Positions 34,601-45,688 of a stretch of 64,000 bases of DNA are shown one piece after another; positions within the stretch are counted from its first letter, which is position 1; every line of letters begins with the position of its first letter. Position numbers and translations under genes: made by a program. This DNA comes from Entomortierella parvispora E1425 (taxonomy: Eukaryota > Fungi > Mortierellomycota). The notes under the pieces were generated by a model that was given only the letters and a program-made list of their open reading frames with translations, ran no database searches and was not told the origin of the DNA. The DNA lies in assembly GCA_020891255.1 (NCBI GenBank), contig BQFW01000007.1, positions 2,542,001 through 2,606,000 on the forward strand, given 5' to 3'.

Positions 34601-35547
34601 CCGCATGGCGGCCGACAGAGACGAGAGAATGACAAGACTTGCCTGCGGTTTGACTGAACAGAGAGTCGGACACCTTGATCAAATGGCATGGAGGCCGAAC
34701 GGGTCTTGATCTTGGCCACACTCTTCTGGGCCCTCGCCATCAATGAAGCCCTCAGCTCTGAGGGTCGCACGAACGCGTTCAACTCTGGTTCTTGATCTGG
34801 ATCGTCCGATTCCGCGCCTGTATCGCTCAGGACCCGTTCGCTTTCTGCAAAGTGCATTGGGGTAGGAGGGAGCGAAGAAGGTATCCTTGGCCCCATCATT
34901 TTCTCGGAGGAGGAAGGTACAGGAAAGACAGAAGAAGAAGAGGTGGATGAGGTCGTGGATGAAAAGGATCCCGTAGAGAGGTGGCGCCGTTGTTGGGCCG
35001 CGTGCGCAAGCCAAGCTTCTGGAGAAGTCTCCAGGTGTGGGAGAGCCGAAGTTGAAAGGCTACCGCGGGCCAAGTGCTGATGTCCTCCTTCGATGGAAGC
35101 AGAGGTAGATGAGGAAGGAGGAAAAGAGGTGGAAGGATGGCGTGGAGGGAGTGCAGCCATGGAAGATGGAGCGGGATGGGAGGTTAGGAACTCTTGCATC
35201 GAGGACCCAAAGGAAGGAGGAGAGTCCGAAAGCGGAGGAGAGAGTGGAGAAGGCAACGACGAGTGGGCGGGGATGACGGACGAGGACGTGTAGCTGCTAC
35301 TCCTGCTATTGCTATTGCGGGTAGAGTCCTCTAATTGCTGCTGCTGTTGTTGCTGTTGTTGCTGCTGTTGTTCGAGAGACGAGCCAGCGATGGTCTTTGG
35401 AAAAGAGAAGGAGGGTGCCAGAGGAGAAGAAGCAGACAGGGCAGACGTCGGGGAATTGTGGTAAGGGTGGCCGTTGTTGCTATCCTGGTCCAGAAGCGAG
35501 CGCGTGGTGTCAATGACTGGGTTATTTGGGAGAGCGCGCACTGCCAT
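31605..35547 (-). CDS. Intrinsically disordered Ser/Gln-rich protein with a basic C-terminal region carrying SxIP-like motifs; 4 exons (~943 aa) or a shorter form from ATG 33753
   Basis: Exons 35547-34643, 33736-33454, 33343-33236 and 33140-31605 join in frame. The first intron is a 906-nt GC-AG intron (AG|GCAAGT). No folded domain recognised. Confidence 0.6.
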
Positions 35548-37859
35548 TGCTTTTGTGGTCTGTCGTTTTGTTTCGTCTGGATACAAATTGTGGGTGTATG
35601 ATGTGCCTGAACAAATAGCTGCAAGCCAAAACTTTCAGAGGGATGGCGACGAGGGTATATATGCCTGCAATTTAAAAAAAGATATAAGACGTGCCACGCG
35701 GAGAGAGAAAGAGAGAGACGAGAGAGAGAGACGAGAGAGACGAGACGGAGGAGGGGTCAATGGAAAGCGAAGGGAGGGGAGGGAGAGAGAGAGAAGAGAG
35801 AAGGGTATAATAATACAAAAGTGTGGTCGATGTGGATGCTGGTAAGGGTACGAGAACACGGAGAGAAGCGCAGGAACAGACACGGACGGAGGCTGGCTGG
35901 TTCTGTGTGGGTGTGCGCGCGTGTCAGAGAGAAGGAGACAACAGAAAGGCGGAAGCTATTTCAGCGATAGCAGGGGTATATGTATCATGCGAATGGGGGT
36001 GGAGCGATGGAGTGGAGTGATGGATGATTGCAAAGAAGAGATGATTAGACAACAAAAAAGGTGGATGGTGCAGATGCAGGCAAGAGAAAAAGAGGAAAAA
36101 AAGATCTTCTTTGGGGGGCAAACAACGAACACATTGACACATTGCCCGTCGGTCGGGTGGACATGGTCTCTCTTCTTTCTCTTTCTTGTCCTTCTGGGAT
36201 TCGATGGGACACACTGCAACAGTGCCATTATTCCCTCTTGTCCCTCTCTCTGTCTTCTTTTCTCTCTATCCCTCTTTCTCTCCCTCTCTCTCTCTTCTTC
36301 CCTTTCAACCCTCTGTCCCTTGCTTGCTTCGGGTTCGTGTGCTCAGTCCAATCTCGTCATCACCAAGTCCAAACGGGCTTTACAGTCAGTTGCCTGCAAT
36401 CCCCACATCGCGGCCACTGTCAGCAGGCCTGGAGTGGTTCGATCAAGATCTAGTGTGGCCGATGCTGATCCTGGAAGCCTGGTCTCCTTTCCCAATGAAG
36501 GACAGAGAGCAGAGCGGGGGGGAACCCGTCGTCGGAACAGACAAGAATGTATGTCGTCTTCTCCACAAGCTTCCTCCCACTGCAGCCTGCAACATGTGTC
36601 AAGAGTCAAATCCAAGAGGAATACTTATCCCATCAGGCACCTGATATGGAGGGCGACCCATCCGTCCGCCTATCTCTCTGTCCATCCGATTATCTGTCAG
36701 ATATCTCTTCTCTCTGTCCGTCCCCAATGCCAAATGCCACGCCATGCCGTCCTTGCCAGTGCAGCAGTCGTCAGTGCATACACTCGCGGACTGACCTCAC
36801 TACTGTCTTGAGTTTTCGTTTCCATCTTGGATCCCCGACATCCGGAACGATTGACACATATATCCATGGGCACGCACATCTCCATCTCCTTTTCAACTCT
36901 TTTTGAGTTGGGGGACCCTGTCCAATCCAACTCGCTCCCATCAGACATGCAAGCTGGACAAAGCGGAAAGAGAAAAAAGAGAGGGGGCAGCGAGGCCAAA
37001 AGACACTAGCCGCACGCGGCTGATGTAAAAAAACTCCAATTGAACACAACGACCAACAAAAAAGAAAAGAAAAAAACAACAAACGGCTCTCATTCACGAC
37101 CGACTCTTGTTCTTCTCTTTCTTTCTCTCCCCAATTTCCACACGGTTGTTGCGCTCTCATGTGGACGATATCGTCATCGTCATCGATGATCAGGCACCCT
37201 TGAGATCCCTGGTCGGACCTTTCTTTCCCACATATATCTCAATGAGGCGGGTAAAAAAAAAAAAAAAAAAAAAAGATGAGCAATTGGGAAGCGTGGCCCT
37301 GCCACATGGCTGTAAGAAAAACAATCTTGGAAGCAAGGTGGTTGCTCTCCAGCAACAAACAAAACGATTCTTGCTTGGGGGCCCCCTGGTTTTGTCTTCC
37401 TCTCTCCCCCCTATGTTGCATTTTTATCTGGACTGTTTACCCTCTCTTTGTTTTCATTTTTGGCCCTGGACGCAATCATAGGGTCCGAGCCAAAGGTCGC
37501 GTCCCTTTTGTTCCCTTGTCCCACTACACCAGCTCACGTCGCTTGCGTCTGCCTAAATTGCCTCTCAATGGCCGTCGTCCCTTCCTCTTCCCTCAAATGA
37601 AGAAAATAGAATCAGAATCCTCAGCAGCATGAGATACAAAAAAAAGAGCAGTAAGATCTTGTTCTCTCTTTTCCCCTCTCTCCTACCTTGCATGCACGTA
37701 CACATACACACACACACACAGACACGCACACCCAGACACAGACATACTCTTTCTCGAATGTGGATTAAGTATTACTGAAATGCGGTAGATGATCAAGAAC
37801 AATAGTCGTGAGGCTGTCTATGTGAAAGAGTGGAGAGGTGTCGACATGTAGCATCAAAA

Positions 37860-40498
37860 TCAATGCTCGTCGTCTGCGATATCTTGGACTCCATCGCCCA
37901 TCGAGGTCATGGTGCTGAGAGGGGCCCGTCGCAATGGAGATCGACTCCGACTACGCCGTCTTTTCAGGCTACTGCCAATTGTCAGGTCACCCTGACTGCT
38001 ATGTCGCGAAAGACGACGTGTGGGTGAGGCCTGGCGCGATTGCAACCAGCCCATGCCGATCGATCCTGGTGCCAATTTCTCTGGCGTTGTGTTCCGTGAG
38101 TCATAGTATGGAGAGGTGGATGAAGGAGGCAGATTCGATGATCCGTCATGACCGCGGTAGAATCGAGACATCAAACGTCTGAATGCCTCATGGACAGCCA
38201 TGACCTTGGAAGAATCACGCGCGAATACGCGAATGATATTCTCTTGGAACTCACTAGGAATCAAACTCGACACCTTCTCCTTTGGAATATGGTACGATTC
38301 TAGAGAAAGATAGGCCGTTAGAGTCTTCATGATAAAAAATAGTGGATAGCATCGAAATCAGATCTTTTAACAAGAACAAAGCTTCCTTACCGAAGTGGTT
38401 GTTCTTGGAGAAAAACTTGATACCATCCACTGGGTTCTGGTCCTTCATTGCATAGTTATTCTTCAAAAACTCAACAATGACATCATCCTGCTGCAAGTGA
38501 TCGTTAGGTCCCTGGCAGGACACAATTTCAGCCGCGTTGACATTGTGTTTTGTCAGTCGACCAATCTTTTCCCGAGGAATTAGCAGCTCATCCACAAACT
38601 TGTAAAGGTTGCGAGTGCGGATCCTCCTGATAATTGCCTTTGACTCTTCCAGACCCTTTTCGTAATTTGAGAGAGAGATATGTCAGCTTCACGCAAACTA
38701 CCTGTAGCCACGATGATGATCAACGGACTTACTGGCTCTTTGGATCGTTCGATCTGACGAACAATATCATCAGTCAGGTGAAGGTATTCCTCACCACTGA
38801 AGATGGCCGATGAGATACCCATAACGCTGTTAGCTGCCAGGAGAGCGTCAGTGAGCATGTACTCGATCGCTTTGCCTACACGATGAGTGTAAACACGCTT
38901 GAACAAACTGAAACGAGTGTGGTAAAGCTCGTAAAGGTTGTACACTTCCTTGTGATGCCAACAAATCTGATCGCCAATAACTCTCGACATTCTCATCAAT
39001 CTGGAGCAGTCGATCGAAGATTTGATACCAACGTTGTAGCAATCGCGCTGAAGGTAATCGTATTTGTCTACATCCAGAGAGTTCCTCTTGTTTGAGACAA
39101 TATCGAACAAGAAAGCATGCCGCCTAGAGATATAAGAGCGGTGCTTAGCTCATTGCGTCTACGAAACTGTGAGCTGGAGCTCCATGTATTACATTTGTCT
39201 ACTTTGACTTACTGGCTGTTTCCACGGCGTTCTCCCATAATCAGGTCCTTAATAAAGTTGAGCTCTTCCTTGTCAATGTCTACGTTGTTCTCATCTACCA
39301 GATACTCCAGCATCATCTCCGAGCCCTGTTCATGTGTCCATGTGGAGCCAGGGATGGCGCGCGGGATAAACTCGTTGTCAAACACATGACTGAAAGGGCC
39401 GTGTCCTAAAGAGACGAAGGGGTGCGTGGAATGTCAATTGACGCGCCATTTTTTTTTTTTTTTTTTTTTTTGATGCCGCAGCCGCGGTTGCATGCATGAC
39501 TCACCGAGATCGTGGCACAGTCCGGCCAGCTTGACACACTTGACATCGCTCTCACTAATCTCTAGTTCTGGCTGCGTGTCCCTGAAACGCTCGACCAGTT
39601 CTCCAGCCAAATGTGATGTTCCAATTGAGTGCTATTGACAAAGAAAGTACGGGAGGTCAGAACCAAAATCAAACAGTTTTTGATGGCTACTGACAATCGA
39701 GTGATCCAATCCAGATGGATGATAACGCGTCGACTTTACCTCAAATCGGTTATGTGTTGCTCCTGGAAAGACGTAGTATGCAGAGCCGAGTTCTGGAAGC
39801 CAAGTGGAGTGATGAACGAGACGGTTAGTAACAAGAAGGACAATGATTCCTCTTGAGAAAGGGTGCACATACGCTTTAAATCTCGCAATCTCTGGAACTG
39901 AGGCGTATCAATACAGCTGAGGCAGTCATTGTCAAGAAGGACATGTCCCTATGTTTGTAAAATCAAGGGAAAAAAATGGCGGTCCGTTAGATTATTAACT
40001 CACAGGGCTGTCAGGCAGAGGACCATGGTGCATGATGGAACAAGAATTGGTGGCGTGAATCGTTCTCCGAAACAGCGCAGTCCACCCATGGGCGTAGCAA
40101 CGAGAGCAGTAAGAGAAAAAGAGAGCATGCGTCTGTGCGGACTTGTGTTCACCATGACGGCACAATGAAAAAAACGAAGGTCGTACATGGATGGGATCGT
40201 TGATGAACTTTTCGCTCGATCCTTCGTAGATGCCAGAGTCATCTCGCCCGAAAAGGGGGGTGAAGGAGTTGCGTCGGTAAAGAAGTCGGCCCTTGCGGGG
40301 ACTGCCCAGAATGCCAAGCTGGGGGCTGTGTCTGGAATCGGACAAGCTCAGGTCAACGGAGTCGTGCATGTGCGATGGGCTCCGGCCCCGGTGATTCGAG
40401 GCATTGTTGTTGTTGTTGCAGTCGTGGTTGCTGCTTTTGCTATTAACAAGAAAGGGAGAGGACGGGTCGTCGAGGAATGGCGAGGAGTTGTTGGCCAT
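37860..40498 (-). CDS. SAMHD1-like HD-domain dNTP triphosphohydrolase (no SAM domain), multi-exon
   Basis: [10 protein letters not shown]; [12 protein letters not shown]; [13 protein letters not shown]|HSIG; [17 protein letters not shown]; HEQGSEMM; [21 protein letters not shown]; [14 protein letters not shown]. Metal ligands H, HD and D are all present. Confidence 0.92.
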
Positions 40499-40892
40499 GG
40501 TCGATGCGGGCGGGATGAATGCCGGAATGCCGAGTCGGGGAGGAGAGGGCAGGGAGGAAGGAAGGGCAGGGAGGAAGGACGGGCGAAGGAGGAGAGAACT
40601 GCAGCGTGAGTGAGACAGAGAAAAGCGTTGGCCAGGCACATCCTCGCAGACGAATCAGCGCTGCGTGCGAGACCCACGCAAACGACGGAAGAGCTGTCGC
40701 GTGCACGTGACTTTCTTTTTTTTTTCTTTCTTTTTTCGAATCGTTTTTTTTTTTTGCTCTGCCCCGTGCGTGCGCCTGTGTGCTCGACGCTTCGACTGCG
40801 GTGGGAACAAAAAAGACGAGAAGGGTGTCCTTGTCCTGGTTTTTCTCATTCGTAACCCATCCATTCCCCTCATTCGACAGACAGACAACCAA

Positions 40893-42987
40893 ATGTCAGA
40901 GCAGGACAACAGCAAAAAACCCACGCCACCTGCCGCCGCATTCTCGGCCATGAGCCTCAACCCAAGTGCTGGCTCGTTCGTACCCCGAGCGGAGGCGAAG
41001 GCCTTCACACCGACGTGGATGGCCCAACCAGCCAAACCTACCATCCCTGCTCGTGCCGCCCCTCCTTCTCCGTCAGGGATCGACTTTAATCGTCCACCTC
41101 CTGCCGCTGTCCTAAACAAAACCGTCGCGTCAACACCAGCACCAGCACTAGTTCCACCAAAGAACTCGTCACCCACTGTCGCGCAATCGGCTCCCAAGCC
41201 AACATCTGCCTCCCCAAAGCCGCCTGCTGCTGCCTCCAAGCCATCTGCAGTCCCGCCAGCCAAGAAGACAACAGAATTTCACGCCACCAAATCGGCCGCT
41301 ACTGCGGCTGCTACTGCGGCTTCTCCTACCCCAGCAGTGCCCGCCGCTGCTGAAGTTGAAGAGCAGATAGACCAAGGGACCCTGACTGAGTTCTTTGGAA
41401 AGGAACATGTCAATGTCATCTTTATTGGACACGTCGATGCAGGAAAATCAACCATGGGTGGTCGGATCCTGTAAGTTTACATTCTGCCTGTAATTTAGAA
41501 GCTTCAGAAGATATCATTCATAATCAGATCTTTTATTCTAACTTCTTGCTTGGTTTATTAGGGAGGCGTCCGGGATGATTGACAAGAGAACACTTGAAAA
41601 GTACGAAAAAGAGGCCAAGGAGGCGGGAAGAGACTCGTGGTACTTGTCCTGGGCTCTGGACACTAACGCAGAAGAGCGAGCTAAGGTATGTTTGAGCAAG
41701 ACTAATGGAGTTGTCGTAGGTCATTCATTCTAACGCCCTTACATTCTGCGTCAATATACCTTGGTTTTACGCGACTCTAGGGTAAAACTGTGGAGGTTGG
41801 AAGAGCCTACTTTGAAACGGATACTCGACGCTACACCATCTTGGATGCTCCTGGGCACAAAACTTATGTTCCAAGTATGATTGGAGGTGCCGCACAAGCG
41901 GATTGCGCTGTTCTAGTGATATCGGCACGCAAAGGAGAGTTTGAAACGGGATTCGAAAAGGGAGGTCAAACTCGAGAACATGCCGTTTTGGTTAAGAATG
42001 CAGGCATCAACAAATTGATTGTTGTCATCAACAAGATGGACGACCCAACCGTAAACTGGTCCAAGGAGCGATACGACGAATGTGTAGGTAAATTAACTCC
42101 GTTCTTGAAGGCCAACCGATATAACCTGGCGGCGGATGTATTATTCATGCCCGTTTCTGGATACACTGGAGCCAATATTAAGAACGGGATGGATCCTGCT
42201 GTTTGCAGTTGGTACAAGGGCCCTTCTCTTCTAAACTCCTTGGATGCTTTAGTCATCTCTGACAGGAAGTTGGGCGCACCCTTCCGCATGCCCATTAGTG
42301 AAAAGTACAAGGATATGGGCACAATTGTGGTAGGAAAGATCGACGCTGGATCCATCAAGAAGGGCGGTCATTTGTTGATGATGCCCAACTCTGTCAGTGT
42401 GGAGGTCACCGCCATTTACAATGAGCTCGAGGCAGAGATTCCAGCTGCGGCTGTCGGGGACAATGTTCGAATGAAACTCAAAGGCGTTGAGGAAGAGGTA
42501 TGACAATGATGTAACGGTCTTGCTCAAAAATCGGAAAGTTTTGCTCGTCGTTTACTGATATTTCGCCTTTGACTTACCTTTTGTTGTGCAGGACGTCTTG
42601 CTTGGGTTTGTGCTTTGCAGCCCAAAGCAACCAGTGCACGCGGTCACTCGATTTGAAGCAGCCATCGGCATTTTGGACCACAAGAATATTATCTCGGCTG
42701 GATACGAAGCCGTCTTGCATATTCACACGGCAATCGAAGAGATCACGTTGACAAAGATGCTCCATTTGGTGGAGCCCAAGACAGGTCGCATATCCAAGAA
42801 ACCACTCCGGTTCCTCAAGAAGGGTCAACAGGGAATGGTGGAGATTGAGACGGCAGGGTCGCTCTGCGTGGAGAGATTTGTGGACTCACCACAGATGGGC
42901 CGGTTCACTATCCGAGATGAGGGCAACACCGTTGCTATTGGCAAGATCACAAAGCTGTTGTATGATTCGGGTGATGGGGTGCAGTAG
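40893..42987 (+). CDS. SUP35: Eukaryotic peptide chain release factor 3 (GTPase), multi-exon
   Basis: KEHVNVIFIGHVDAGKSTMGG; GKTVEVGRAYFET; LDAPGHK; GEFETGFEKGGQTREH; NKMDD; QMGRFTIRDEGNTVAIGKI. Confidence 0.97.
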
Positions 42988-43522
42988 TCTAAGTTCTTGG
43001 CACGTCGTGGAGACATCCAAATAAACTTTTTGGTTCCAAACTCCCCGTCTAGGCAACCAGGACCCCTGTGCCTGCCATTTGCGGGTGCTGGGCTTGAAAT
43101 CTAATCTCCTCTTCTTTTTTTGTGCCTCAAAGGTGCTTCTTGTCCATCTGCACCAACCAACCATCGTCGTTGGTTCATCTTGTGCTCTCTTGTTGTTTGT
43201 TGTCGTTGCAAACAAAAAAAAAAAAAAAAAAAAAAAATAGACCAAGAGAAAGAGGCCCTCATGGAAGGTGCCCATTTCCGAATCAGAATGGGAATGTATA
43301 AAAGGGAGGCGGATTCGCATCTTTGATCAGTGGGCCGCTTTCATCGTCTTTTCACCCCTCCTACACCTAAAAGACGTAACCACCTTATAGACAGTCAGTC
43401 CTCTCCCTTGACTCGCTCTCTATCCCTTGCCATATCAAGCACACTCTCCTCCTCCACAACGCACTTCATTCGCAAGTCTTGTCCTTGTCCACTTAAAAGA
43501 CAGGAAAGAAAGAAAAAGAAAA

Positions 43523-44593
43523 ATGTCGGCCACTAATAACTTTGACCAGAAGATGGATCTTCAGGAACAACAGCTGCAGTCCTCGGGAGCCCTCGCCGCG
43601 GACAGCACCACCCCAGTCGCAGAGCCAGAGACCCAACGGGCTTGGCATCACCGAGTCTCGGGATTGTTTACTCGCAAGTTCATTATCATCTTGCTCCTCG
43701 GCCAGTTGCTGTCGCTTTGCATCACGGCGACCACCATCTTCACGACCTATCTGGCTCAGGGTGCCAACCCTGTCTCGATCCCAACTACTCAGTCGTTCTT
43801 GAACTACTTTGTGCTGGCAATTGTGTACACCGCTATTACTCTTCACAAGGAAGGCTTCCGAGGATGGCTCAAAATCATGCGCCGTCGTGCACACTACTGT
43901 AAGTATACTTGAAGCTAGCGAGTCCTTTCCGTCAATGTTCTCCACAGCACTGCTGACCCACAATTTTTTTTCCCTCTTCCTATAGACATCCTACTTGCCC
44001 TAGTTGATGTCGAAGGCAACTACTTTGTGGTCAAGTGCTATAACTACACGTCACTGCTCTCAGCCATGCTTTTGGATGCCTGGACGATCCCATGTGTTGT
44101 CCTGTTGTCGGTCTTTTTCTTGAAGATGCGTTTCCGTCACCTGCACTATGTAGGTGTGGTCGTCTCGCTTGTGGGTATGGGTTTTCTGATCTGGTCCGAC
44201 ATGGAGGCCGGCATGAACTCTCCAGGATCCGACTATGTGAAGGGCGATATCCTTTGCATCATTGGTGCGACTTTGTACGCCTTCTCGAATGTTGGACAGG
44301 AATATCTGGTCCGACAGCGTCCGGTGTACGAGGTCGTGGGTCAGTTGGGTTTCTGGGGCGCGATCATCAACGGAATTCAGCTTGCCATTTTGGAAAGGCA
44401 GGAGTTGCAGAATATCCACTGGGATGGCAAGGTGGTCGGATACATCATTGGCTTCGATATTGCCATGTTCCTGATGTACTCGGTCTCGCCCATCCTGTTC
44501 CGATTGTCGTCGGCAACGTTCTTCAACTTGAGTTTGTTGACGAGTGACTTTTATGGTCTGTTGTTTGGCTTGTTCCTCTTCAACGCCACCGTA

Positions 44594-44630
<37 letters not shown>

Positions 44631-44888
44631 GCTTCGCCGTCGCCACTTTTCAGTCTTCTGAAGTCTCATGTTCTGCTGAACTGAGTGTTGATATTAACTC
44701 TTTTCTACTATTTTTCATTTTGTGTAAACTAGATCAACAAGATCTACCCTATCGCCTACACTCTCATCATTGTCGGAATCGTCATTTACAACGTCTATCC
44801 TGGACCTGAGCCCAATTTCCGCCCAATTCTCAGCAAGGAAGAAGAGGAAGCAATGGCCACAAAACATGAGGACGAAACCATCGTTTAA
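43523..44888 (+). CDS. SLC35F1/F2 (DUF914)-family solute carrier, 3 exons
   Basis: LLLGQLLSLCIT; PTTQSFLNY; DVEGNYFVVKCYNYTSLLSAMLLD; GDILCIIGATLYAFSNVGQE; ATFFNLSLLTSDFY. Confidence 0.9.
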
Positions 44889-45688
44889 GGATGTGTTTTC
44901 TTTTCTCTTCCTCTCCGTTCTCTCCCACTGTGAACGTTTTTGCTTTGTAGTTTTTTGTTTGTTATTTATTCCTTCTTAGTCCTTGAGGCGTTATCTTGAT
45001 TACTGAAGCAGCAGCTCAGGACTTCTATGCTATTGACCTACTTGTTCCTTATTCTTTTTTTTCTTTCTATATCTGCGTTTTGTGATGTGCGGACCTCTCT
45101 TTCTGTTTCAGAACGTTAGGAGGGGGAAGCACTCATAGAGTGTAGCGTGCGTTTGGAGATGTCCCTTGGTTCGTCGGGGCATTCTTTGGATAACTGTTCT
45201 TGCTGTTTCTTCTCTGCTTTGTTCACTCATGAGCTTGGAAAAACACATCCTTTCAGAAATAAATTTTTTGCAGGGAGGGTGAGGGTGAGGGCATGTCTGC
45301 AAATGCCGATGTTTAAAGGGAAAAAAAATCAATATGATTGTTTTAACTTTTGTGGAAGTTGAAAACAGGATGCATGATAAGGCCAAGGAAAGAGGAGGGA
45401 GTAGCAACTATTGGCGGTTTGCAACAATTGTTCCGTCGGCATCATTTGTCATTCTTTTTTACCTTTCCTGGGCAAGTTTGTTCTTTCCACGCGAGAAAAC
45501 AAGCGTGAGACAAAAGATGCGTATCGTGGGGAGAGGAAGGACCGTGCGCAGAAGAGGAAAAAAACAAGCTCCTTTCCATTCCATTCGACCAGCTCTACTC
45601 CATTCCTCCCTATTCTCCATTGACATTCCCTATTCTTTCGCTTTCATTGCCTCCATTCTCATTCACTAAAACAAGTCTAAAGAAGAGG

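Noticed and set aside
35600-37850. 296-aa ORF at 35921 and neighbours
   Set aside because: They cross GA/CT/CA microsatellite-rich intergenic DNA and give low-complexity translations.
44585-44630. Very long poly(T)/poly(A) runs in introns and intergenic DNA (also ~19705, 25567, 39448, 49492, 61896, 62523) as retroposon tails
   Set aside because: They recur throughout the window, mostly just inside ordinary introns, with no target-site duplications or element bodies; a genome-wide compositional trait.
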